Shown here: positions 1 to 9,056 of the stretch, piece after piece | Numbering within the stretch: position 1 is the first letter of the stretch | How the letters are laid out: every line of letters starts with the position of its first letter | Assembly (NCBI RefSeq): GCF_000020025.1 | Contig: NC_010628.1 | Coordinates: 2,310,001-2,342,000 of the forward strand | Source of the DNA: Nostoc punctiforme PCC 73102 | GTDB lineage: Bacteria > Cyanobacteriota > Cyanobacteriia > Cyanobacteriales > Nostocaceae | Reading direction: 5' to 3' | DNA: 32,000 nt | Position numbers and translations under genes: made by a program | The notes under the pieces: generated by a model | Databases searched by the model: none | The model's input: only the letters and a program-made list of their open reading frames with translations | What the model was told of the DNA's origin: nothing

Positions 1-347
1 CCCTGCATATCTGCATCATTAATCACCCGTACAGGCTTGTTTAAGTGTTTTAATAACGCTGTTTCCAAATCAAATCCAATCCAATCTGGATGTAAGTTTA
101 CCGCCGTTTCCGTGACTCCACATCGAACCACACCAGGAAAACCCACCGAAACGCGATGAAATTCACCTTGAGCCGCAGCTAACACAACAATTGCATTAAT
201 TACAACCCCCGGTGTAGCAGGTTGAGGTGTATCTAAACGCGCTCTTTCTGTTACAGGACTTCCCGTAATATCTAAAACCATAGCCTTAACGCCACTACCA
301 CCAATATCAACCGATAGGGTACGAATCGATCCATTTTCTTCAACCAT
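1..347 (-). CDS. ROK-family sugar kinase, polyphosphate-glucokinase-like; 5' part only (gene continues past window start)
   Basis: Hand translation of the reverse strand from ATG at 345-347 gives MVEENGSIRTLSVDIGGSGVKAMVLDITGSPVTERARLDTPQPATPGVV...VRVINDADMQG, open to position 1. DIGGSG(V/I)K is the N-terminal phosphate-binding motif of ROK/PPGK kinases. It is missing from the ORF track because it is truncated. Confidence 0.65.
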   Translation of the reverse strand, partial: MVEENGSIRTLSVDIGGSGVKAMVLDITGSPVTERARLDTPQPATPGVVINAIVVLAAAQGEFHRVSVGFPGVVRCGVTETAVNLHPDWIGFDLETALLKHLNKPVRVINDADMQ

Positions 348-746
348 TGAGTTACATCCTTGTTAATGCTTGTTCTTTCGATATTATGCTCTGCTGCATC
401 CGATCGAATTCGGATGTTTGGAGAGTCTTTATATTGAGGGGAAAGTAGAGGAGATGAGTTCTCTACTCAACTTAGCGCCAGCAAGGTTTGAGCAACTCAT
501 GTTTTAAGATTAAAGAATCTTCGTGGCTACCCTGCTCCTCACAGAGACCCTCCAGCCTGGAGAGTGCCAAGCCTATCGACAATCACAGTTTAGTAGTCCT
601 GAGTCCTGAGTAGTATATCAACACATTAGACGCACGACAACATCCAGATTTGCTAATGTAGAGATAATGGAAATAGTACTGGCGTAGCTGCTTAAAATCT
701 ATCGGGCAGCAAATTTCTATTAAAAGTAATAATAAGAGAAAGAATT

Positions 747-1250
747 ATGACGGCGTTTGAACCTCAAAGCATCCGCTCTTATAGCCAAGAAGATGTCCAA
801 CAAATTCTACACTTAGCGATCGCTCGTCAAGCTAATGACAAAAATACAGAATTTTCTTATGAGCAGATACTAGAAATTGCTGCTGAGTTAGAAATCTCAC
901 CTGATTCTTTAAAATTAGCCGAGCGCGATTGGTTAGTACAACAAGGTCAAGTCCAACAGCGAAAGGCTTTTGACGCTTACCGTGTTAGAAGATTTCAGAA
1001 GCGTCTAGGAAATTATGCAATTTTTAATGGCTTTTTTATACTGTCAAATTTACTAACTGGTGGCGGAATTTCTTGGTCGCTGTACATTTTGCTATTCTGC
1101 GGATTACCTGTAGGGCTAGATGTATGGAATACTTTTCAAATCAAAGGCGAAGAGTATGAAATAGCATTCCAGAAGTGGAGCCGTAATCATCAGATTAAGA
1201 AAACCATCAGCACAGTTTTGAATAAATGGTTTAAGGCATTACAGGTTTAG
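747..1250 (+). CDS. 2TM-domain membrane protein (conserved cyanobacterial hypothetical)
   Basis: 167-aa ORF with a soluble N-terminal half and two adjacent hydrophobic helices (NYAIFNGFFILSNLLTGGGISWSLYILLFCGLPVGL). A hairpin follows the stop codon. Confidence 0.65.
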   Translation: MTAFEPQSIRSYSQEDVQQILHLAIARQANDKNTEFSYEQILEIAAELEISPDSLKLAERDWLVQQGQVQQRKAFDAYRVRRFQKRLGNYAIFNGFFILSNLLTGGGISWSLYILLFCGLPVGLDVWNTFQIKGEEYEIAFQKWSRNHQIKKTISTVLNKWFKALQV

Positions 1251-1304
1251 TAGATTTGCTTAGGTAAGGTAACTGTTTGTAGGCATCAGTAACTCAAATA
1301 AAAA

Positions 1305-1329
1305 CCCCGCAGGAGAAACGGGGTAATAT
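1305..1329 (+). terminator. Possible intrinsic terminator after 747-1250
   Basis: CCCCG (1305-1309) pairs with CGGGG (1319-1323) and is followed by TAATATTTT. The stem is short, so this is tentative. Confidence 0.35.
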
Positions 1330-1639
1330 TTTCCGCTACCTACATTTGTTGTGTAACATCACTTAAATAAAATTTTAAGAAACACAGCAATTATTAGGAT
1401 TAAAATTGATATTATCTGATTGGCTGAAAGTATTATTTCTATCTTTATACTGATATGAGTATCTATCAATAGTCTGAAAAATGATTTTATCTACAGTGGG
1501 TTTCAAAAAATATAGGACTCGTATTTGATTTTTAAACAAGACTCAGTATCGATCTATCCCTTCTTTCTTATTTCTTATTCCCTCTTCTCTGCCGATGCGA
1601 GTAAATATGGCTACGCCACGCTGCGCGAACAGAAATCAA

Positions 1640-3290
1640 ACCGGATTGCTATATCCCTCTTTCAAGAAACACTTGACGTAAAGCTTATATAGAAAGGGTT
1701 TGATAAAATGAAGCTTCCTCCTTATCTTGGGATTTGGGGACAAGTTGAAGACCAAAAGCTTGCGCTTTCTTCTGGAGATTTTTGAGGATCAAATCCTGGT
1801 ATTTTTGCTCATAGTATTCCATACCAGGATCAGAATATCGTCCAGCAGTTGTCCAAATTTGGTAGAACAAACGAGCCAGGTTGTGTGCAGTAGCAGTTAT
1901 TGCTTTGGGTGCGCCCAAGCGAGAACGTAACCGACGATAAAATGCACCTAGAGCAGAACGGCTGTGAGTCAGAGAAAAAGCCGTTATGCGAAAAGCATTT
2001 GCAGCACGATTGACAACAGTACGAGTTTGAGAGCTTTTGACCTTACCGCCAGTCACTTTTTGACCAGGACATAAACCCAACCAAGAGGTGAAGTGTTTAA
2101 CGCTGGGAAAACGTTTCGGGTTTAATCCCACCTCAGATAAAATAGTCTGAACAGTTAAAGCATCAAGACCATCAATCAGTGTAAAATCTACTCCTGCCAT
2201 CCGAAAAAGATATTTATGCAAATCAAAATCGGGGTGATTTGCAGTCGGTTTTTTTCTGCATTTTCTTCCTGTTGTTGGCGGTTCATCTAAAGTTTTAGGT
2301 TCATGCATATGCTAAACATTTTTCAATTTCAGCGTCAACAGCAATAATCTGTTGTTGATAAATCTCATACAGTGTTAATTCTTGCTGGAGGACAAATAAA
2401 TGTTCACGACGGTAATCACCAGTTAAAGATGCAGCAATATCTGCTGTGCTGCTTTTAATATGTGGGTCTTTGAGGGATGCTAAAACTTGTGGGTCTTGTT
2501 CACCAGCAACGATTGCTTTTATAATCTTCATTCCGGTCAAACCAGTCACATCGCTGATGACTTTGTGGAGATGTAAATTCATCTGGATGAGTGCCTTTTG
2601 CATCCGTTGTATATGGGCACTAGCACTCTTGATTAAGGTATCTCGTTGACGAATATAACTGCGTAGCACACAAACTTGGTCTTCTGGGCGAAAAGAACCA
2701 GACAGTAGTCCATATGTATGTAACTTTTGTAACCACTGGCAATCTAACACATCTGTTTTGCGCCCAGGGACTGTTTTAACGTGATGAGCATTGACTAATT
2801 TGACCTCAAAACCCTTGGCTTCTAATACCTGAAACACTGGAATCCAATAAACTCCTGTGGCTTCCATTGCCACGGTATTTATTCGGCATTCCTTTAACCA
2901 ATCGGCCATTGCAATTAAATCAGGGGTAAAACACCCAAATCGGCGAACATTTTTATCTGCCCTATCAGGAGGGACACAAACCCAATGTTCTCCACTACCA
3001 AGGTCTATTCCGGCTGCGTTCTGGTTAATTTCTTCTAAAGTGGATGAAGGTTTTACCACAGGTACAGGCTGGTTCTTCTCTTGATTTGCTGGCAATTTCA
3101 TTGCTGCAACCCTGTTGTAGTTATTATGGATAGTCCTGACGAAAGGGATGTACTCATAGATAATCTTTCAAACGGGATAGGAAACTTTATCCTTCACCAA
3201 TGTCATAGGCATAATGCCCCAGAACCATGCTCCTAATCAGGCTCAACACACTATTGTGGGTTCGGTTTTAACTGTCAGGATAATTATTAA
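1640..3290 (-). mobile_element. IS110-family insertion sequence (boundaries approximate)
   Basis: Contains a DEDD-type transposase N-terminal domain and a Transposase_20-type C-terminal domain on the minus strand, plus about 190 nt of non-coding leader (3102-3290). IS110 elements lack classical terminal inverted repeats, so the ends cannot be fixed from a single copy. Confidence 0.6.
1685..3101 (-). pseudogene. IS110-family transposase split by a frameshift into ORFs 2301-3101 (N-terminal DEDD domain) and 1685-2308 (C-terminal Transposase_20/HhH domain)
   Basis: The N-terminal ORF reads AGIDLGSGEHWVCV...VAMEATGVYWIPVFQ...NAHHVK, as in the IS110 DEDD domain. The C-terminal ORF reads DFDLHKYLFRMAGVDFTLIDGLDALTVQTILSEVG...LGLCPGQKVTGGKV, as in Transposase_20. 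The two frames overlap in GCATATGCATGA at 2301-2312. Intact family members are a single ORF. Confidence 0.75.
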
Positions 3291-3377
3291 TATACCTGTT
3301 GATTAGTCGCCTCAAAATAGTTTCTTTCATTCATAGCGGGTGGCAGTGCCGCCTGTGCGGTTGCTCCTAAGAAACAA

Positions 3378-3405
3378 GGCAGGAGGCAGGAGGCAGAAGG
3401 CAGAA
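3378..3405. repeat. STRR-like heptamer run (GGCAGGA/GGCAGAA x4)
   Basis: Direct reading gives ggcagga ggcagga ggcagaa ggcagaa. Confidence 0.8.
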
Positions 3406-3700
3406 GGGAAGAGGATTTGACTTGTTTCTTCCATCCATAACGGAAGCCAGCGCGTCCGTAAACAGCTTCTGTCACTTGTCGGAATAAGAAAGTAATAAAT
3501 AAACTAAACTATCCAGAAGCATAAGAGGGTTTAAATTGATTCATTGCACTAATTAAATGATTAAATCCCAGGAATAAATGGGAATTAGGAAAAATATCTC
3601 TGGGTCAGAACTTAAGTAAGTCGGCAGGAAAATTTACAAGTATGTAACGAAAATTTCACCAATTCAATCTGACTCTTTTTAGCACCCATCTTAACCCAAT

Positions 3701-3789
3701 ACTTGTCGGGTTTTGGGGAAAAGGGAAAGAGGAAAGGGGAAAGAAAAAACCTTTAACCTTTAACCTTTTCCCCAAACCCAATGCCGAGT
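3701..3789. repeat. Hairpin-forming short dispersed repeat (ACTTGTCGGGTTTTGGGGAAAAGG...CCTTTTCCCCAAACCCA)
   Basis: The arms TTGGGGAAAAGG and CCTTTTCCCCAA are complementary. A second copy of the left arm sits at 24362-24409. Confidence 0.75.
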
Positions 3790-3847
3790 TAAAAATGGTT
3801 AACCGAGCAGTATTGCATATTAACCTGTCGGGACTTAATTTAATAGA

Positions 3848-3874
3848 GCGATGCCTGCGGCGGGCTACGCCTAC
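3848..3874 (-). repeat. Short dispersed repeat family GCGTAGGCGTAGCCCGCC-N-AGGCATCGC (reverse copy)
   Basis: gcgatgcctgcggcgggctacgcctac is the reverse complement of the copies at 4674-4702 and 11552-11580. Confidence 0.8.
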
Positions 3875-4673
3875 AGTTCGCTTTCTGTGGTAAGTAAGTT
3901 GGTAGAAATAAACCAAATTATGTTACGAAACGTAAATAGTCTTAAAGTCCTACTAATAAACAATGACAAAGGACAAATGACAGTCCTTGCCAGTTAGCTT
4001 TAATTGCGCCAATCTACTTATCCCTCATTTGTCACTTTTACCAGAGAATAATCTAGGAGGCTTACAGCATAAGGCTTTTACCAAAAAAGCTTGATTTTGG
4101 TCATTCTATTAGAAAATCAACGCTCAAACGCTTGTTATATATAAAGTTGAAAATTTGCCTCAGATTTTTCTTTTCTCAGAGTGACAGAACAGGGTTAATA
4201 GCCATAACAAATGACAGCCTTTTCCTGTCGGAGACGCTACGCGAACGCCAGTTACCTTTAATTGCGCTGACCTACTTACTTGGAGTCATGGCCTTTAAGT
4301 TGATAATTCAGCGCTTGTGGGTTGATAATAAGGAGGCTTTGACAATCAAAGTTAAGTTCATGGGAGATAAGACAATTGCAATTTTTACCTTAATCGATAC
4401 CTTAAAATCTACTGTTTACGATCTAGATATCGCTATTTTAGAGGAAGCTTTACGCTGTAGCCGTGAAATAAATCAATCTCAAGTTGGGGCTTGGTTATTG
4501 AGCCAGTTTCAGCAACAGGATGATTATTAATTTTTATTAAATTACTTTTGTGTTGGTAGATACTGCTTACTGAGCAGTATTACTTAATGATAAAGATGAT
4601 TTACATAGTAAAACCGTACAACTTTCCCAAGCTGTACAGCCTGCTTAAATTGTTATAAATGAAATGGGACTTT

Positions 4674-4702
4674 GCGTAGGCGTAGCCCGCCGTAGGCATC
4701 GC
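4674..4702 (+). repeat. Short dispersed repeat family GCGTAGGCGTAGCCCGCCGTAGGCATCGC
   Basis: Near-identical to 11552-11580. A degenerate copy lies at 31416-31444. Confidence 0.8.
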
Positions 4703-4954
4703 ATCTACGTCGTTATGAAAGAAAAGTTACCGTTTTTGATTGGTTTTAGTTCCAATGAGCCAAAGCTTTACCCAAGATGGGAGTCAAGCATTTGTTAAAA
4801 AAATGTTAGAAGTGGAGAGGTTAGAGAGAATGACGTAGAAGGTAAGTGCATTAAAGTACTCCTGAAAGCCAGTCCTTGTTCAATAAGTTTTGTGTAGAAT
4901 TTGGTAGTGAGGTCATTTACTTGATTCTCAATTGCAACAATCCAGGTTTGATTT

Positions 4955-7531
4955 ATGAGTCAGTCTTTTTCTCAAAACCAAGGAAGGCGAAATCGTCAAC
5001 AAAAGCTGTGGCCACAAAAATGGAGTTTAAAGACTAAAGCAATAGTTTGGGCACTAAGCATCAGTGTACTTCCTGTGTTTGCAATTGGGATAGCTACTTA
5101 CTTCTATGGGATTAATTTAAGTACTAAACAAATACCGCAAGTCAGACAGGAGAGGGCGAAAAGTTCAACAGAAACTGAAGCTCTACAGAGCCAACTGTCA
5201 CTCTTGTTAACTGGTATGGGGGTAACGGCAATCTTAGCAGGTGCGATCGCTGTTTTTGTGACTAATCGAGCTATTAGTCGAGTTAGCAACGTTGCTGCAA
5301 CTTCTAATGATATCAAAAATCGGCTACGTCCAGACAGTGAGTTTACTCAAACTTTCATTGCTAACGAAGATGAATTAGTGATGTTAGAGAGAAACATCAG
5401 CTTATTCACAGAACTGCTTTCAGTTTTGGTACAAGAGAAAGAAACCGAAGCTGATTATTCTCAACTATTAACGAAAATTACCCGTTGGGTTAGAGAATCA
5501 TTTAATCAAGAAGATGTTCTCAAAACCACCTCAGAAGAGATTCGTAAAGCTTTAAGCATTGACCGTGTAGCTATCTTCTGCTTCAATTCCCACTCTAATG
5601 GAACCTTTATAGTCGAATCAGTAGCACCTGGTTTACCGAAAATACTAGGGGTTACAGTCTCCGATCCTGGCTTCGAGGTAGGGTATATAGAAAAATACCG
5701 GAATGGTTGCACTCGTGCTATTGATGATATCTATCAAGCCGATCTCAGTGATGATGATATTGAGTTACTCCAGCAATTTGCTGTCAAATCTAATTTAGTA
5801 GCACCTATTTTCAAAGGCAAACAGCTATTCGGTTTATTGGTTGCACATCAGTGTTCTAGAGTTCGCTTTTGGCAGCAATCTGAGATTGATTTATTCGCTC
5901 AGATAGCTATGCAGGTGGAATTTGCCCTTGACTACGCCAAGCTTTTAGAAGAGGTAGACACCAAAGCAGATAAAGCTCAGATATTTATAGAAATTACCCG
6001 CAGTATTCGCGAATCGCTCAACGAAGAGGATGTCCTGAAAACCACTGTAGAAGAGGTTCGTAAAGTACTTAGTACAGATCGAGTAATGGTTTATACCTTT
6101 AATGCTAATTGGTCTGGAACTGTGATTGCCGAATCAGTGATTCCAGGTTATCCAAAAGTTTTGCGGTCTGAAATCCAAGACCCATGTTTCGGTCAGGGTT
6201 ATGTAGAAAAGTATCAGTCTGGTCGTGTTGCAACCACAAACAACATTTACCAAGCTGGTTTGGCTGATTGTCACATTAGCCTGCTCGAATCCTTTGGTGT
6301 GAAAGCAAATTTGGTTGCACCCATTCTCAAAGATGAACAGCTATTTGGCTTATTAATTGCCCATCAATGCTCCAGACCGCGTGATTGGCAACAGCCTGAA
6401 ATTGATTTATTTGCTCAGATAGCTATACAAATAGGATTTGCTCTTGACCATGCAAGGCTCCTGCAACGCATTGAGGCTGAAGGTATGCAAAGTCAGTTGC
6501 TGGCGGATACTATCGGCAGCATACGTCAATCGCTCAACGAAGAAGATGTCCTGAAAACCACTGTCGAAGAGGTTCGCAAAGTACTTAGTACAGATCGAGT
6601 GATGATTTATAGCTTTAATGCTAATTGGTCTGGAACTGTAATTGCCGAATCAGTTGTTCTCACGTATCCAAAAGTTTTGCGGGCTGAAATTGAAGATCCA
6701 TGTTTTGGTCAAGGCTATGTAAAAGAGTATCAGTCTGGTCGCGTTCTGGCAATAAATAACATTTACGAAGTCGGTTTAGCTGATTGTCACATTAACTTAC
6801 TCGAATCCTTTGGTGTGAAAGCAAATTTGGTAGCTCCCATTCTCAAGGATGAGCAGTTGTTTGGTTTATTAATTGCACATCAATGCTCCAGACCTCGTGA
6901 CTGGAAACAATCTGAGATCGATTTATTTGCCCAGATAGCAATGCAAGTAGGATTTGCTCTCGACCATGCAAGACTCCTGCAACGAATCGAGGCTGAAGCT
7001 ATGCGAAGTCAATTATTGGTGGATATTACGCGCAGCATTCACCAATCGCTCAAAGAAGAGGATGTCCTGAAAACCACTGTGGAAGAGGTTCGGAAGGCAT
7101 TGAGTACTGACCGAGTACTAGTTTATAGCTTTTATGCTAATTGGTTCGGAATTATCATTGCCGAATCAGTGGTTCCAGGTTATCCCAAAGTTTTGCGGTC
7201 TAAAATCCACGATTCCTGTTTTACTCAAGGCTATATAGAAAAGTACCAGTCTGGTCGTGTTGTCGCAATCAACAATATTTATGAGTCAGGTTTGGCTGAT
7301 TGTCACATTAAATTGCTCGAATCCTTTGCTGTGAAGGCAAATTTAGTCGCACCCATTATTAAAGATGATCAGTTATTTGGCTTGTTAATTGCACATCAGT
7401 GTTCTGGACCCCGTGATTGGCAACAGCCAGAGATTGATTTATTTACCCAAATAGCTATGCAAGTAGGATTTACTCTCGATTATGCTAGGCTCCTGCAAGC
7501 GTATCAAGCTACTGAAGCTAGCTCTAATTAA
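4955..7531 (+). CDS. Membrane-anchored multi-GAF photosensor: 2 TM helices plus linker, one degenerate GAF and three DXCF-type cyanobacteriochrome GAF domains; no recognisable output domain
   Basis: 858-aa ORF with two N-terminal hydrophobic helices (AIVWALSISVLPVFAIGIATYFYGI and LLLTGMGVTAILAGAIAVFV). GAF2-4 each carry D(P/S)CF, and exactly 28 residues later the canonical bilin Cys in LADCHI..LLESF.VKANLVAPI. That spacing is the same as I recall for the TePixJ-type DXCF CBCRs. The ORF stops about 15 aa after the last GAF. Confidence 0.85.
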   Translation: MSQSFSQNQGRRNRQQKLWPQKWSLKTKAIVWALSISVLPVFAIGIATYFYGINLSTKQIPQVRQERAKSSTETEALQSQLSLLLTGMGVTAILAGAIAVFVTNRAISRVSNVAATSNDIKNRLRPDSEFTQTFIANEDELVMLERNISLFTELLSVLVQEKETEADYSQLLTKITRWVRESFNQEDVLKTTSEEIRKALSIDRVAIFCFNSHSNGTFIVESVAPGLPKILGVTVSDPGFEVGYIEKYRNGCTRAIDDIYQADLSDDDIELLQQFAVKSNLVAPIFKGKQLFGLLVAHQCSRVRFWQQSEIDLFAQIAMQVEFALDYAKLLEEVDTKADKAQIFIEITRSIRESLNEEDVLKTTVEEVRKVLSTDRVMVYTFNANWSGTVIAESVIPGYPKVLRSEIQDPCFGQGYVEKYQSGRVATTNNIYQAGLADCHISLLESFGVKANLVAPILKDEQLFGLLIAHQCSRPRDWQQPEIDLFAQIAIQIGFALDHARLLQRIEAEGMQSQLLADTIGSIRQSLNEEDVLKTTVEEVRKVLSTDRVMIYSFNANWSGTVIAESVVLTYPKVLRAEIEDPCFGQGYVKEYQSGRVLAINNIYEVGLADCHINLLESFGVKANLVAPILKDEQLFGLLIAHQCSRPRDWKQSEIDLFAQIAMQVGFALDHARLLQRIEAEAMRSQLLVDITRSIHQSLKEEDVLKTTVEEVRKALSTDRVLVYSFYANWFGIIIAESVVPGYPKVLRSKIHDSCFTQGYIEKYQSGRVVAINNIYESGLADCHIKLLESFAVKANLVAPIIKDDQLFGLLIAHQCSGPRDWQQPEIDLFTQIAMQVGFTLDYARLLQAYQATEASSN
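5477..7531 (+). repeat. Four tandem 516-bp coding units (one GAF domain each); units 2-4 are highly similar at the DNA level
   Basis: The anchor string ATC(G/A)...GAAGA(G/A)GATGT recurs at 5497, 6013, 6529 and 7045, an exact 516-nt period. I estimate units 2-4 at about 80-90% identical by eye (not computed). Confidence 0.85.
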
Positions 7532-7589
7532 TAGTGAAAAGAAAGATTTTCTTCTTAAGGCAATTCATGTAGACGCATACTCTTAGGTC

Positions 7590-7658
7590 GAAGCAAGCTA
7601 CGCGGAGCGTATCGTACAGAAGCAGCTACTTTATAAGAAACGCTCCGCGTATAGTAGC
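7590..7658. repeat. Hairpin short dispersed repeat (GAAGCAAGCTACGCGGAGCGT.TCGTA.AGAAG), probably acting as a bidirectional terminator
   Basis: CTACGCGGAGCGT (7598-7610) pairs with ACGCTCCGCGTA (7640-7651). The same 33-mer family occurs at 26640-26672. It lies between two convergent genes. Confidence 0.7.
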
Positions 7659-8468
7659 CTATTTATGAATAGTCTCGCGCTCTTTATTAGCAGGTTCCTT
7701 CTCTTTGAATAAGTCAGCTGCTGTTAGAAGTAACTCCCTTAAGGTTTGTTTGATTTGGCGCTCTTTTCTGGCCAGAGATGTACCAGCTTCACCTAGTTTG
7801 TCTTCTAGCTGCGATCGCTTTTGTTCTACCTGTATAGCTACAGACTCTGCTTGGGGACGAGCCTTATCATACCAGTGTTTAGCCTCATCTAGATAATCTT
7901 GAACCTCCATAGAACGTCCGCCATAGCGTGCAGCCATATTAGCTCTGACAATAGCTAGCTGTGCTTGCAATTGCGCGTAACGTTTCTTTAATAACCCGAC
8001 TTCTTCACTATCTTTAATGGCATTGACAGCAGAATCAATTGCAGTTTTGGTACTAGCTGGTTTTTCTTTACCCGTCTCTTCAATCTCTGCCAAAATTACA
8101 TCAACCTCTTGCTGGAGTTGTTCTTCTTCACCATCTAGTTGAGCTTGGAGCCGCTTTATATCTGTCTGAGTTTTAGCAATAGATTCGTGTCTTTGAGTAT
8201 TAATTCCTTCTAGCGCTCCTTCAATAGAAGCTGTCACTTCATCTTTAAGTTCGCTACCTTTTTCTTGAAAGTTTTCAATGACAGCAGAAACAGCATCTCT
8301 AACCAGGCTACGAAGTTCACTAGAACCTTGTTTAAACTCAGAGCCTACTTGAGAAACTGCGGATTTAACAATTTCTCGAATCCGATCGGTTCTTAATTGT
8401 CCTGTTTCTTTAGCTTGTTGCAAGTCTGCTTGAATTTTTTCTTTGATATTGTTGTTAGGCATTTTCAA
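7659..8468 (-). CDS. Coiled-coil / amphipathic-helix protein (conserved hypothetical)
   Basis: 269-aa ORF that is Glu/Lys/Gln-rich with heptad-like periodicity and no hydrophobic segments. No competing ORF of comparable length. Confidence 0.6.
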   Translation of the reverse strand: MKMPNNNIKEKIQADLQQAKETGQLRTDRIREIVKSAVSQVGSEFKQGSSELRSLVRDAVSAVIENFQEKGSELKDEVTASIEGALEGINTQRHESIAKTQTDIKRLQAQLDGEEEQLQQEVDVILAEIEETGKEKPASTKTAIDSAVNAIKDSEEVGLLKKRYAQLQAQLAIVRANMAARYGGRSMEVQDYLDEAKHWYDKARPQAESVAIQVEQKRSQLEDKLGEAGTSLARKERQIKQTLRELLLTAADLFKEKEPANKERETIHK

Positions 8469-8786
8469 CTCTTAGAATTTAACTAATTGGGATAAAACTT
8501 TTTAGAAATGTTCTTACATCCACATTATGGCGTAGCCAGATCGGGCTTGGTACTTCCTTTAGATAGAAAATTCAAGTTCTAAAGAGGTGAACTGTCAATA
8601 CTGCTCGGTTAAGAATATTTGCACGAACTGAAGCCCAACAAACCCTACAAAAGATTGGGTTTAGTTCCTCAATCCAACCTCCAAATTTTTATTTGTAGAA
8701 AAAACCTACGCAGTATTGAGTGAGCTGTAACATAGCGCCAATTTGTGAGATGATTAATATTTGTTGGTAGTAATTGATAGTGAAAT

Positions 8787-9011
8787 ATGTGGCGAGTAAA
8801 TATTACTTGTTCAAGTGATGCCTGGAAGCTCTATGGTACTGATTTTAAAGCGATCGCCCAGAAGTATCAAGGGGAATTAATTGGTTCCAAAAAAATGCCA
8901 GATGGTACGCGCATCATGTCTTATAAAATTGAGGATGTTAGCGATGCAGAAGCCTTTCAAGAAGATTGTGCAAATTTTGCAGGGTTTTCAACTGACTTTG
9001 AATCCCTGTAG
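8787..9011 (+). CDS. Small hypothetical protein (74 aa)
   Basis: Clean ATG ORF in an otherwise empty intergenic space, with non-repetitive, protein-like composition. Confidence 0.45.
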   Translation: MWRVNITCSSDAWKLYGTDFKAIAQKYQGELIGSKKMPDGTRIMSYKIEDVSDAEAFQEDCANFAGFSTDFESL

Positions 9012-9056
9012 TAATTGATTCTAATACAACCAGTATTCAAAATCAGGAGACGTTGA

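Noticed and set aside
3287-3916. Track ORFs 3287-3475 (-) and 3656-3916 (-).
   Set aside because: Both are read through heptamer runs and dispersed hairpin repeats, with peptides such as SSLLPSASCLLPC and VGVARRRHR. They have no plausible start context and their composition is low-complexity.
4132-4530. 132-aa ORF upstream of the photoreceptor gene.
   Set aside because: The first two-thirds run through repeat sequence (TTAATTGCGCTGACCTACTTACTTGG and others). Only the last ~56 codons (from ATG 4360) look protein-like, and the AAGGAGG at 4330-4336 is badly spaced from any start. A short real gene cannot be excluded, but I cannot support one.
5477-7531. The regular 516-bp tandem repeats could be mistaken for a repeat array such as a CRISPR or satellite.
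   Set aside because: The units are far longer than CRISPR repeats and there are no unique spacers. The whole array is one continuous ORF encoding successive GAF domains.
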